64,000 nucleotides of DNA from Narcine bancroftii (taxonomy: Eukaryota). The stretch covers positions 187,674,001-187,738,000 of the forward strand of contig NC_091470.1 of the NCBI RefSeq assembly GCF_036971445.1, written 5' to 3'. The position numbers and the translations under genes were made by a program. The notes under the pieces are model-generated. The model was not told the DNA's origin. It saw nothing but the letters and a program-made list of their open reading frames with translations, and did no database searches. Every line of letters starts with the position of its first letter. The stretch's first letter is position 1. Positions 1 to 12,478 of the stretch are shown here, in pieces.

Positions 1-39
1 ACATGCTGCCAATGCTGGGGTGACTGAATCTCTGAGATC

Positions 40-710
40 AGGAACATAGAGATAGGGAAGGGTGTAGCAGACCAGAGTGCAGGGGGTTTCATAGATAGGG
101 AAGGGTGTAGGGGACCAGAGGGGGGTTACAGAGATAGGGGGGGGTGTAGAGGACCAGAGGGGTTTACAGAGATAGGGAGGAGTGTTGGAGATCAGAGGGG
201 ACTACAGAGATAGGGAGGGGTGTAGGAGACCAGAGGAGACTATGGAGATAGGGAGGGGTGTAGGAGACCAAAGGAGGTTACAGAGATAGAAAGCGGTGTA
301 GGGGACTAGAGGGGGTTTCAGAGATAGTGAGGGGTGTAGGGGACAAGATGGGGGTAAAGGGAGGGGTGTATGGGGACCAGAGGGGGTTACAGAGATTGGA
401 AAGGGTGTAAGGACGAGAGGGCGTTATAGAGATAGGGAGGGGTGCAGGGGACCAGAGGGGGTTACAGAGATAGGGAGGGATGTAGGGACGAGAGGGCGTT
501 ACAGAGATAGCGAGGGGTGTAGGGTACCAGAGGGGCTACAGAGATAGGGAGGGGTGTTGGAGATCAGACGTGGCTGCAGAGATAGGGAGGGGTGTAGGGG
601 ACCAGAGGGCGTTACAGAGATAGGGAGGGGTGCAGGGGACTGGGGAGGGGGGGGGGGGGGTGTGTGATTACAGTGATAGGAAAGGGTGTAAGGTACCAAC
701 ACTCCACCGG
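40..710. repeat. ~38-bp minisatellite (gagatagggaggggtgtaggggaccagagggggttaca)
   Basis: Visible degenerate tandem units. The same family occurs in reverse orientation at 52610-53390. Confidence 0.85.
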
Positions 711-783
711 TCTGGACACACACCCCTCCCACTTCCTGCCACCCGCCACCCCAGTCCCCACAACATGTGCTTTCGGCACTTAC

Positions 784-1732
784 TTGTAGATTTAACGGGC
801 GGTACTCGTCCGAGATCCCTGGGATACTCTCCTCGTCGCTGCCGGTGCTGACCCTTCGCCTCGCCGTGCCCCAGCTGCTCACCTTCCCTCCTGTGCGGCC
901 CCTGACCAGTACCGGGATCCTGCTGTGTGGCAGGATGCGGATGGGCCGATAGGCCACCCCCTCCAGCTGTTGGGTAAGGGCGGCCAGTGTTTGGTCAGGG
1001 CTGGGGCTGCTCCAAGCAAGGTTGTCAAAAGGTAGGTCCTCGCTCCCGGCTTCCGAGTCTGATCGGGTCCGCAGCGAGGAGGTGGAGAGGGAGCGGGGTG
1101 CCGAGCCAGGGTTGATGGCCCAAGAACTCAGGGAGGAGCTGGTCCTATCCAGCTGCCCGCTGCTGGACTTGCTGCGAGACAGTCGCCCAGAGGCCAGGGC
1201 ACTCGCCAGGCGCCGCGGGACCCTGCAGACAGCGTCGTACTCGTAATCAGAAACCCGCAGGGCGCTGCACCCAGCGCAGTTACGATTCGTGCAGGGACTC
1301 CAGCCCCCCTCACTGCCTTCTGACCAGCACTCGTAGCCAGCCAGCCGCATGTCATTCCGCAGCAATGCCGCGTAATCACCCTCTGCCTCCTCCTGGCCAC
1401 CCGCCATCTCCGGGGGCTGCCCGTGGAGCCGGGACAGGCAGCTGGCCAGCTGCCTCTTCTCAGTCAGCAGCCGGTGCACCCTCTCCAAGGACAAGGCTTG
1501 CACGCGGGCGATCACGCTGTCGAAGCGCTGCACCCTCTCCAGCGCCGAGGCGCACTTGCCGCAGAGAAACTCGCTGCCTTCACCCCGGGTCATGCGATAG
1601 CCCAGCACGTGGGACAGGACCACCCGCAGATTGACCGGAGCCCGGACGCTGAAGATCCATCGTCTCCGGTTCCCCTTCAGCTCCACGCCACACACACGGC
1701 AGACCTCGTTCATCTCCGCTGCAAGGCAGGAC
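784..1732 (-). CDS. Myomegalin (PDE4DIP)/CDK5RAP2-family gene, large N-terminal SMYLE-type exon; further exons are expected left of the window
   Basis: Translation MNEVCRVCGVELKGNRRRWIF...LRVVLSHVLG...EFLCGKCASALERVQRFDSVIARVQALSLERVHRLLTEK matches the recalled N-terminus of the short myomegalin isoform (CRICARELCGNQRRWIF...EFACSKCAFMLDRIYRFDTVIARIEALSIERL). It also has a second Cys cluster (CAGCSALRVSDYEYDAVCRVPR) and an EB1-binding SxIP motif (HSRIPV). Acceptor ttccattggttggcag| at 1733, ATG at 1713, phase-0 donor CAA|gtaagt at 783. Confidence 0.85.
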
Positions 1733-1934
1733 CTGCCAACCAATGGAAGGAGAGAGATGTGACAACCTGGATTGTTCAGGCCCCAGCCTGAATTTTGCTT
1801 CATAATGGCTCAAGCCTGAAATGTTGGTTAAGTACCTTCATCTATGCTACGTAATTTAATGCTGGTTGATCTGCTGAGATTCTCCAGCATTGTATTTTTA
1901 CTTCAACCATGGTGAAAGCAGTCTTTCGTGTTTA

Positions 1935-3045
1935 AGAATATAGAATAACATAGAATACTACAGCACAGTCCAGGCCCTTTGGCCCTCGACGTTGTGCCAA
2001 CCCATATATTCATTTCAAAAGAGTACAAAACCCTCCCTACCCCGCAATCCTCTATTTTACTTTCATCCACGGGCCTGAGACTCTTAAATGCCCCTAATGT
2101 TCCAGCCTCCACTACCATCCCTGACAAGGCCCCCACAACTCTCTGTGTGTCTCCTCGAAACTTCCCTCCCTTCACTTTGTGTACATGTTCTCTGGTGTTT
2201 GCTGATCCTGCCCTGGGAAACGGGTGCTGGCCGTTGTTAGGTCTGCTTTGTTCATGAATGAGTGAGACAAACACCAGACTGAGTCGAAATCAGGGTTCTT
2301 TGTTCTTTATTACCGGATTGTAACACTTGCAACTAACCATGTTAGTCGGAGAATGCATTCTGCCGTTATCAGCAAAATGGTGATTTTTTATACCCTTGGA
2401 TACGTGCTTAGAACATCATCATATCATTACTTGTCCAATGACTAAAACTGTTGCTATCCTTTCCCTGCTAGCTTCCTGCCTCTCAATCCATCAATGTCTC
2501 TCTTATCTTGTAAGTACAAGGATGCATTCACATCTTGTTACAGCCCTGTACAGGGTAACTCCTTACACATTCCCATCTCATGATGTTTTACCTTACACCG
2601 TCCACCCGATCGATGCCTCTCATAATCTTGTAGACCTCCATCAAGTCTCCTCTCATCCTTCTGCACTCCAAAGAGAGAAGACCCAATTCTGCCTCATAAG
2701 ACTTGTTTCCCAATCCAGGCAACAACCTCTCCATTAGCTTCCACATCCTTCCTAATAATGAGATGACCAGAGTTGAACACAATACCCTGGTCTCACCAGA
2801 GATCTGTGGAGTTGCGACATGACCTCTGGACTTTCGAATTCAATTACCCTATTAATGAAGCCCAGTGTCCCCTAGGCCTTCGTAACTCCCCTATCAGCCT
2901 GTGCGGTGGCCTGGAAGGATGTAGAGATTTGAAAGCCAAGGTCCCTCTGTTCATCCACACTCTTAAGTAACTGACCATTAACCCCACCCTCAGCCTTCTG
3001 CTTTGAGCTTCCCAAATGCATCACTTCATACTTAGCTGGATTGAC
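1935..3045 (-). mobile_element. CR1-clade LINE 3' fragment interrupted by a solo LTR
   Basis: Peptides LGLLSLECRRMRGDLMEVYKIMRGIDRVD and TQRVVGALSGMVVEAGTLGAFK are CR1 ORF2 C-terminal hallmarks. Confidence 0.75.
2235..2597 (-). mobile_element. Solo LTR (Gypsy-like) with 4-bp TSD CCGT
   Basis: TGTTAGG...CCTTACA termini, flanked by ccgt at 2231-2234 and 2598-2601. TATA-like and AATAAA motifs on the minus strand. The host CR1 rejoins across it. Confidence 0.8.
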
Positions 3046-3181
3046 ATAGAATAGTACAGGCCCTTTGGCCCTCCATGTTGTGCTGATCCATATATTAAAA
3101 AGGTGTTAAACCCTCCCTACCCTGTAACCCTCTATTTTTCTTTCATCCTTACCTTTAGTGCACTGTTTTATTTATATGTAT

Positions 3182-3186
<5 letters not shown>

Positions 3187-3238
<52 letters not shown>
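3187..3238. repeat. (CA)n(TA)n microsatellite
   Basis: Direct inspection. Confidence 0.95.
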
Positions 3239-3242
3239 AATA

Positions 3243-3972
3243 TGTTTTTGGGAGATAAATTGGGAAAGGTTTGTTGGAGTAGGTCACATACCAACACTTT
3301 AAAACAGATCTTATTTGAAATACTGGAGCTCTGCCCAATGTTAGACATATTGGCTCCAGAGCTTTTGCAAGAGCTTTGAAAAGTGCTCAAGAGACTTCAC
3401 TATTGGATTGTTGTTTACAAAAGGCAACAGACGAAAAAGCAGGCTGGAGCCGCTGCTGTCTGGAGGAGAGCTTGCTGTTGTAAGAGGGTCATGTGGTTTT
3501 GCAAGCAGAGAGAGTCAAACAGGCTTCCTCTCATATATACAGAGATCACTTGTACAGTGTTACAGCCAGCAGAAGCAGCTGGAACTGGAACAGGACAAGC
3601 TGGCAAGCCCGTTTGGAAGATGGCCTGGTCAAAGCCCTTGTGGTTCATGCAAGAAGAGAGGACTGATTGTCTAATGTTTCACTTGGAATAAGGGAAACAA
3701 AAAGGACCTGAAAGAAAGAAGTTATCATCTGGAGAACTCTAAAGGGGACAAGTTTCGTCAGCAAGATACTGGAGTGGCTGATGGAAATACAACAGTTGTG
3801 TATGTCCTGGAACAACAAATCTCTCTCTGAAAACCAACAAGAACCTTCCTGAGCGGTAACCATTTACCTTTCAAGCACCAAAGATTATTAAATGTAACTT
3901 TTGTTTAAGTAACCATTTGTCTTGGTGAATATCTATTGCTGCTGGGGTTATGGGTCCTCCGGGCTCGTAACA
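3243..3972 (+). mobile_element. Long solo-LTR-like element, family A copy 1 (5' boundary approximate)
   Basis: Shares blocks (atcatctggagaac; ctctctctgaaaacc..caagaacc; ggtaaccattt; tatctattgctgctgg..tcctc..gggctcgtaaca) with copies at 9394-10139 and 29490-30121. Ends in ..TAACA. Confidence 0.6.
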
Positions 3973-5699
3973 TTTGTAACTGCCAAATTCCTCAGAAGAA
4001 ATAATTCTGAGTTCACCCCCACAACTTTTGTCAACACTTCTTTCAATTCTATTCCAAAGGGTCTAATTTCATGCATAACTAGGTGGAATGTAAAAAGTTA
4101 CCAAAATCTATACCTAACCAAAAACACCAATCAGGAAATTCTTTTAATGCATCTTTTGAGGTAGGAGAAACTCTGGTACATTTTGAAACGTGGGAGGAAA
4201 AACCAGGGATTGAGTCACTGGGACTCCGTGCAGCTCTGGTGAGCTTGCTTTGAAGGCAGTGGAGAGGAGGTTCACCAGGGCTGATAGACTAATGGGGAGA
4301 GACTGAATCGTCTGGGACAGTACTCACTGGAATTTACTCGACCCCCTCAACGATAAACTCAGAAACTCTGTCTTGCACATCATTTATTACCCAATGCTTA
4401 CTTTTTTTTCTGTATTTCCACACAGTTTGTTCACATCTTTCTTTGCTTACATTTCTCTCTTTTGTATACACATCGTTTCACTTGAGTAAAGTTTACCCAA
4501 CCAATAGGTAAACATTCTTCCTGTCCCCACAGGTAAACAGATCTCCGATTGTACGTGACATCATGTACGTACTCTGACAATAAATTTGAACTTTGGAACT
4601 TTATTTTAAACTATAAAGCAGTCTCTCTAATCCAGGCAACATCTTTGTAAGTCTCCTCTGCACTCTCTCTATAGCGTCCACATCATTAAGATAACAATTT
4701 TATATGACACAACAGAAATTAGTAAGAAGCAGGCCCTTTGGGCTATTTTGTCAGTCCTGACTATCACTCCCAAATTAAACTAAAGCTCAGCTCCTTGCAC
4801 GTGATCCCTCTGGCATTATTCCGTGTGTAAGCACATCAGCTGCCTCTCCTCCCTCCGGGGTTTTGCAGCGGTTCGGTGCGACATTGGAAACTCAGGCAGA
4901 TTTCTACAGAGGCGCGGTGTGCTGACCGGCTGAATATCACGGTCTGGCACGGGGACACCGATGCCCCCAAGCAGCAAGCCCTGCAAAAGGTAGTGGGCAT
5001 GGCCCGGGACGTTGCAGGCAAAACCCTCCCCACCGTGGAGAAATTGCCATCAAAGAATCCCACCCCCCCTCCCCTCAGCACACGCTGCTGTCATCCATGG
5101 TGCCATAGACTCTCATGGCCAGGTTCAGAAACCCCTCCACCATCAGACCCCTTAACGACAAACTCAATCAGGGACGTTACTGATTTTTTTCTCTCTCTCT
5201 GCATTGCAGTCAGTTTGTTTACAGTTCTTTATTTGTTTGAGTACAGTTTTTGTTGCACTACCAATAATTCTGCCTCTCCTGCAAGGTGAAAAAAAAGGAT
5301 CTTTGGAGTAAAACAAGAAAATCTGCAGACACCATGGTTGACTTCTTCCCCATCCCCTTCCCCCAGCTCTGTACCTTCCTCCTCCCCCCCCCCCCCCCCC
5401 CCCCCCCGCCCCGTCCCCTCCACCCCTCTCCTTTCCCACAGACTAAAGTCCTTATGGTATCCACTCCCTGCCCCAGCCATCTGAGATTTCCTGGGGATTT
5501 TTTTGTTGACTTCTTGGAGAAGGGCTCTGGCCCAAAACGTTAGCAATATATCTTTGTCTCCTATGGACGCTGAAAAGACCAGCTGTGTTTCGGTGTGATT
5601 GGTTTACTACAATCACCATGTCTGCAGACTTTAGCGTTTCACCCAATGCTGGGGAAACCCAGTGTACTCTTACAACCAAATCTGGCCACACAATCTGGT

Positions 5700-7000
5700 T
5701 CAGCCTCGACCCCTGGCAGCGCGTTCTCACCCACCACTCTCAGCTGCCATGTAAAACGGGGTTAACGGGACAATTTGCCCGGTTAGCGCCCAACTCAGGC
5801 CGCAGTTTGAGAGGGTCCGACCGGGTCAGCGTGGTCCAAATACAACTGGGTCTGGGATTGAACAGGGGACGTCAGGCGTCGCAGGGAAACACCCGGCTGA
5901 AGTGTCTGCCGCGATCGGGGTGGATGGGGGGGGGGGGGGGAGAGGGTTCGCTGCCGTGGAGCCCTGATTGGGTGGGGTAAAGAGGTCGTGGTGGGGGAGA
6001 GAGTGGGGGGCGACTCAACGTTCGCGGCAGCGAGATGTTGCTGGGGGGTGACTGACGAGGGGGAGGAGAGGGTGACTGACTGACAGTGGGTGCTGACTAA
6101 CGGTGGGGGGGGGGGGGGGTGGCGACTGACGGCTGGTGGAGGGGCGGGGGAGACTAACCGATAGTTCCCGTGAGTGCGGAACGTGGGACGGCAATCTAAT
6201 GGGTCAATCCCCCTGCAGATTAAAAGGTGCTTTGCCCCAGTAACCGCACCGAGGTTCCAGGAGGGCGACCCAGGGGCTGCAGTTTAAAAGGTGCTTTGCC
6301 CCAGTGACCGCACCGGGGTCCCAGGAGGGCGACCCAGGGGCTGCAGTTTAAAAGTGCCTTCTAACCTACCCATCTGCCCTCTTGAGTGTAAAAACCTTCT
6401 GACTCTGCCCTGTAAATTACCCCAACTCAATTCTAAGTGTGACACTGGGCTCCTTCCAGGGGAGGGGGAGCGACGCCTTTGGGCGTGAAATGGCTTTGTA
6501 CTCACGTTTGCAGAGTTGGACGGGAGACCAGGGCTCCCTCGGGAGAGACGATCCCTCTGACCCGGCCGAAACTCGCTCCAAAGCCTGGAGCCTGCGTCCC
6601 GCCACTGCCTGCTGGCCGACGGGCTCGGTTCCCCACACCCCACCCTCCGTGCGTCCCGGGACACCGAGTCGTCTTCTTCTCCCCTCTCACCTATCCGGGG
6701 AAGGTGACCCCCACCCGGGCGGGTTGTCCGGGATCTTCTACCCCCACCCCACCCAACCCAGGCTGCAGGGGGTCCTGCTGGCGTCCTCGGCCGCTCCCTG
6801 TGCGGAGGCCGAATCGTGACGAGCGCACCTGAAGCTCGCAACTTCCCAGGTGGGGAGGAACTTCCCGCCGTGTGGCGGCGCTCCCTCGGTCCCGCCTTCT
6901 CCCGGCCCCGCGGCGCTCCCTCAGCCCAGCTTCATTCCTGCCAGAGACTGCCTGGGTCGCTCCATTCTGGATGGTGGACCCTTCGGGCCAGAGGCTGCGT
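5700..7000. promoter_or_regulatory. CpG island, probable promoter and first-exon region of the myomegalin-like gene
   Basis: High GC and CpG content in mostly non-repetitive sequence, against a CpG-depleted background. Minus-strand donors at 5730, 6506 and 6690. Upstream of the SMYLE exon. Confidence 0.55.
5731..5750 (-). CDS. Candidate first coding exon of the myomegalin-like gene (MAAESGG)
   Basis: ATG GCA GCT GAG AGT GGT GG|gtgaga is a phase-2 donor that joins the phase-2 acceptor at 1732 in frame (MAAESGG-SCLAAEMNEVC). It sits at the edge of the CpG island. Confidence 0.4.
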
Positions 7001-7799
7001 TGTACAAGCGAAAAGGGTTGCAATCTGGACAAAACAGGGTCTTGCAATGAGGTCAATAGGAGCAGCAGGTGGGCCGAACTCCCGAGAGATGCAGGAGGGA
7101 TGAGATTCGAATAGCCGGGGATCTGAACTGGAATCCCTTTGGTCATGAAAACTCTGGAATCTTTTGGCAGGTAACAAGCCCCTTTAGCTAAACTCCTCCA
7201 TGCCGGTCTATTTGCCTATTCACACTAATTGCATTTGGCCGCCTCATAGCTTCTTCCACCTCTCTCCATTTTTCCCGAATTCCTTGATATGGTACAAGAG
7301 TGATCGTGGACAAGAAGAAGGAGATGATAGTGGAGGACCAGGAAGGACCACCCTCCACTACACTGTAGCACCAAGTTCCTTGGAGTTCACTTAACTAGTG
7401 ACCTATCGTAGACAGGAAGGCTCAACAGCGACTGCACTTTCTGAGAAGACTGAAATGGGCAGGGCTACCGGACACCATCAGGTCCACCTTCACCAGGCTC
7501 TATCCAGAGCATCCCGTCCGGCTGCAATCACAGTGTAGATAGATCACCGGAGTCTTCCCCCACCCCCCCCCCACCCAATTGTTCTCTGAAGAGAGCAGGC
7601 AAACTGATTGAGACCCTTTCCACCTTGTACACAGCATCTATCAGGGAAGAGCTACAGGAGTGATCAGAGCCAGCAGCACCAGGCTGAGCAACAGCTTCTT
7701 CCTGCGGGCAGGCGGAGAGAACACTGAACGACCAAAGGAACTGCTCTCACTGACCATTCTGAGACTCTCATTTTTCATGAAACAGTCTTTATTTGCCTG

Positions 7800-8225
7800 G
7801 ATTGCAGTATCTCGAATACGGAGAAAGATTAATTAGACTGGGTCTTTATTCATTGGAGTATAGAAAGGTTGAGGGGGGATTTGATACAGGTATTTGAGGG
7901 GGGTAGATAGAATTGATATGAATGGGCTCTTCCCCTGAGGGTAGGTGAAATTGGAATGAGGGGGTCATAAGTTAAGGGTCAGGGGGCAAAAGTTTAGAAG
8001 TAACATGAGAGAAAGCGTCTTCACTCAGAGAGGGGAATGACCTTCCTGAAGAGGTGGTTGCAGCAGGGTCAATTTTGTCATTTAAGAGAAGGTTGGATGA
8101 ATGCATGGATGTGAGGGCATTGGAGGGTTATGGAGAGGGAGCAGGTAGGTGGGACTAGGGGAGATCATTTAAATCGGCGCAGATTAGAGGGGCTGAGATG
8201 GCCTGTTTCTGTACTGTGATTGTTA
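7800..8225 (+). mobile_element. CR1 LINE 3' fragment
   Basis: Contains the ttcactcagagag, ggttatgg and ggcctgtttctgtactgt 3'-end motifs shared with other CR1 copies in the window. Confidence 0.6.
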
Positions 8226-9393
8226 TATGGATAGATATATACATATATGTGTGTTATGTCTGGTTGCAACGTTTTGCACTGAGGACCGGAGAACGCAATC
8301 TCATCGGGTTGTACTTGTGCAATTAGATGACAATAAACTTGATCTCCCCCGTCCCAAGTTAGGAAGAGAGGAGGAGGGGAATTTCTTCACTGGGGTTTTG
8401 GATATCACGCCCCACGGTGGAGATGCAGGTTCAGCACAGAGACATATCAGGTTGGGGACTGAAGCATGGAGAAGTTGGCCTAAACTTACATGCCTGTCTT
8501 GGAGCTAAGTGTCCAGTGAAAGTTGGCTAGTTTGTTACTCGAGTGGAACTATATTGGGGAAGGTTGGGTTGGTGTAAAAAAAAAAACACAGAAATGCTTG
8601 TGGGGCTCAGATTAATTAACGTAAAGATTAATAAGTGATGATGTGGGCCTAAGCCCTTCTTCAGAGTTCCATATATGCAAATTGCAGGTAGACGTTTGAA
8701 TAAAGACTGGGGGAGAGAAAGGGGGAAAGAGGCCAGACCCCCACAGACAAAAGCTGTTCATTGCCCCTTGTGCTGCATGGATTCCAGATCCGATTTGGTT
8801 CCCACCAGGATCTCAGGAAACTGAAATAACACCATCTTCCCTCTGGGCACCCTTCAACCAGACTCCAGTTTCTGTTAAACAGCCACCCCCCCCCCCCCCC
8901 CCCACAGCCCAGAGGGCGCCCTGCTCCCAGCGGCCACCCATTTCAAATCCCCGTCCCATTCCTTGCTGACACGTCTGTCCTGGTCTCGTGCGCTGCTGGA
9001 CTGAGACCACCCGCAAATTGGAGAAACATCTTCCTCCAACTGGATGGCGTTAGCATCGATTTCGCTGGCTTTTGTTAATCCCCTTCCCCCCATCGCCTTT
9101 CCCTATCTCTGCCTCTCCAATCTGGCTCCTTTAACACAAACGATAATTCTAACCTCATCATTTATCAGAATCAGAAACTTATTGTCAAGCAATTCAGTTT
9201 ATAACCATCTTATGACATTACTATAAATTAAAAATAATAGTGCACCAAAAGTTCATTGATCATTCAGGAATCAGATTACAAAGGGGAAGAAGCTGCCCTG
9301 GTACTTGAGGGGGAGTCATGATGGTTGAGAGTACTCGGAGATTTGGGAGGAGTACAAACACGGTTTTATTAGCTTCCAATTAACAGCTGGTTT

Positions 9394-10139
9394 TGTGACA
9401 GAGCAGGTTACACACACACATTTCAAAATGCAGGATTTTTGTAGGACTTTTGCAGAGTGCTTTTCACAGAAAGAGCCACAACATTGCAGAATACAGCTCG
9501 CCCGGGAGAGCATGTGATCTTTGCAGGCTGACTCGGCACAGTTTTTGCTCTCAGAGAGGGAGGGTGTGAAACAGAAAGAAAGGAGACAGAGATCAGTTCC
9601 AGAAGGACAAAGCTGGCAGACTTTTGGAAGGCTGTCTGGTCAAAGGAGAAGACTTGCTGTCTGAGGTGACCCGAGAGAAAGAGGATCATCTGGAGAACCC
9701 TGGAGGGGGCAAGTTTCATCAGCAAGACTGATTGGAAAGGAATCAGGTGCAGATATCCTGGAACAAAAGGAATCTCTCTCTGAAAACCAGCAAGAACCCT
9801 CCTGAGTGGTAACCATTTGCGTGTTAAGCACTAAAGCCTGGTGAACTTCGTTAATGCTAACTTCTGTGCACAGAACAAGAATTGCCTGCAACCAGTGAGA
9901 TTGGATTGTGATCCAAAGAACTTCTCTAATCTTAAATATATATTTCACACACCTGGGCTTAGTATTAGAGGAGGGCATTAAGTAGGTGAGGTAGGTTAAA
10001 TAAGTAGGTTAAGTAATAAGTTAGTTTAATTCTGTTTTCTTGTTCAATTATAATTAAAAATTACTTTTGTTTAAGTAACCCTGTGTTGTGGTGCATATCT
10101 ATTGCTGCTGGTTTTTGGGGTCCTCTGGACTCCGCAACA
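9394..10139 (+). mobile_element. Long solo-LTR-like element, family A copy 2
   Basis: TGTGAC...GCAACA termini, near-TSD gttt/gtat, homologous to the other two copies. Confidence 0.65.
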
Positions 10140-10988
10140 GTATAACAGGGGTCTTCAGGTAATCGGAGGCGAGGCAGGAAAAGAGGGTTCATTTCGGAAC
10201 CGATGGGGGTGGGAGCCAAGAGGAGAGGTCTACTCAGACCGTGAATTCCAGTTCAACAGCTGGCCAGATGGGGAGGGAGGCAGGAGTGAAAGCAGGTACT
10301 GGAATCTGGGATTTAAAAAAAAAACTCTGGGAAGGGCGAAGCCAAGCGGCAGCGGGACGGTCGTCCCTGAACCGGAGCTCCTGATCTGGACAAGGACTAT
10401 GCGCCTTCGCACCAACCTGCGCCCATTGCTGTGCCTGTCACAGATGGTTGGGGGGGGGGGGGAATCTGCAGGATTTGGGCAAGTCAGTGCAAACTTAAAG
10501 CACAGTGTGGAAATTGAGCGGTTTGGCTGTTCTTCTTGTTCAAGGAAACGGACTCTAGCTGACACAATCCAATAAACTGCAAGAAAATATTAATGTTACT
10601 TTAGCATTAATTATTCAAAATCCAATTATAAATATACAAATCCGTTATGCTCATTACGTACTATACTAGAAATTCATTACATACAATCTATTGTTAGTTG
10701 ACAGTACGGTTATTTGCATAAATTTGGAAAGCATGAGCCAACCATTATACTGTTTTACCTTCTCTGTGTAACAAACCAATACTCTTATTTTTATACCTTT
10801 TGAACTCTAAGTTTGGACATCAGGGTTAAGTTTTTGTTTTACACACAGAGTTGCGAGTGGTTGGAATGCCTTCCCAGGGACTGAAACACAAGGTACAGTT
10901 AAGAGACTCTTAGACCGGCACATGGACAAAAGGAAAATAGAAGGTTGTGAGGTAGGAAGGGTGTAGTATTTTTTTTGAGAGGTATTTA

Positions 10989-11215
10989 CAGGTACATGAT
11001 CCTTTATCCAGACATCTAAAATCCAAAAATGTCCAAATTCTGGGAAGTGGGGACAGGTGGCCGAGGGACTGCGTTGGGGGAGACGGCCAGGTGACTGGAA
11101 AGGGATGGGGATGGAAATGTCAGCACAATTCAGGTGGGGTTTCCGAAATCTGTAAAAATCTGAAATTCGGAACACAGTGTCCCCCAAGGGTTCCAGATAA
11201 AGGATCGTGTACCTG
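10989..11215. mobile_element. Tc1/pogo (Tigger-like) MITE
   Basis: TIRs CAGGTACATGATCCTTTATC / GATAAAGGATCGTGTACCTG, TA on the left flank, inserted in a CR1 3' end. Confidence 0.7.
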
Positions 11216-12122
11216 TGTAGGTTGGCACAGCATAGAGGGCTGAAGGGCCTGTGCTGTAATGTCCTGTGTTAAGATGAGGGGAGACACCAATGGCCAAAAT
11301 CTGGTCAATGTGCTCTGAACGCCCCATCACCAGGGAGGTGACGTCTCTCCACTGTCTACCAGGTGACACCCATTAGATTGAATTATTATTGTACATCAAA
11401 AAGCTTTCTTTATGTTCTATTCAGGCAAGCCAACCCATACTTAGGTACAGCAGGAGGTGCAATAACAAGGGTTCAGCATGTAATCCCAAGGCATCGTGTG
11501 ACAAAATAAATGCAGCAGACAGTAATAGCAGTTAAACATTTCAAGGGCCTTTGCCAGCAAGGTGCCCATTGAAGTCTGATTGCAGCATCCAAACATGTTT
11601 CATCTTTGCGATTCCTCTCACAATGGTGGTGTCACTGGCCAATGGACGGACTTGGAGCAGGATCCGAGGACTCAGCCGGAAGGGGCACCGCCATTGAGAA
11701 TCATCAAGGGGTTGCTGATCCAGTTGTAGAAGTTTTGCCCATAGTCCCATAACTTGGGTAAAGCACAGGCTGTCCAACTGTTCCAGGGCAGAATGTAGGG
11801 CCAGGGAGATGGTGTCTGCATTTGATGCAAAGGTAGGCGAGTTGTAGTGGGTGCAGCATCGGGAGCTCTGCTGGGCGGGCAACCGGTGTGGTGGGGGGCG
11901 CGGGGATGTCTTTGCCGGTATTTCTAAACCTCCCTAGAGACTGTGTTATGACCATTTCTAGTCACAGACATAATGGCCAAGGCTACTTTCTGTTCTCTTT
12001 GTAGCCTGTTTTCTTGGGTGTGTCCCAATTAATTCTGGTTTTCTATTATCCTGCTGTAACCTTTACCTCTGTAATTTTTAGACAGCTTACTCGTCCAGTT
12101 TTTGCTTTGGTCAGTATAATAT

Positions 12123-12128
12123 TTTATT
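12123..12128 (-). terminator. Probable polyadenylation signal (AATAAA) of the BTN-like gene
   Basis: tttatt on the + strand, about 350 nt downstream of the B30.2 stop codon. Confidence 0.45.
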
Positions 12129-12478
12129 AATTGGTCAATTTTTGTGGGGGGGGGTGATGATGTAATGGGGGGTGTATAATACTGGCTGTTTCTCATGTAT
12201 GCAGTTGCTTACCATTGGCTATGGCTGTACAACAGACTGGTATAACAGATGGGAAGATTGGATAGGCGGGGCGTCGGAAGCTCAGATGGGCAGGCAGACA
12301 GGGCTGGAAATGAGGGAGGGGGGGTGGGAGTCAACTCTTCCACAGCATTGAGAATTACACCAGTATCTCTGATCTCCTGGGCCATGCCCCTTCTCTCCTA
12401 CAGTGACACGGGACCCTTCATCCCTGCTAAAGCTCCTTCTGGAAATGTGCCATCCAGGTTGTCCACGGCACGGAGACG

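Noticed and set aside
499-783. C-terminal extension of the 434-aa ORF
   Set aside because: Intron read-through past the gtaagt donor at 783 into minisatellite.
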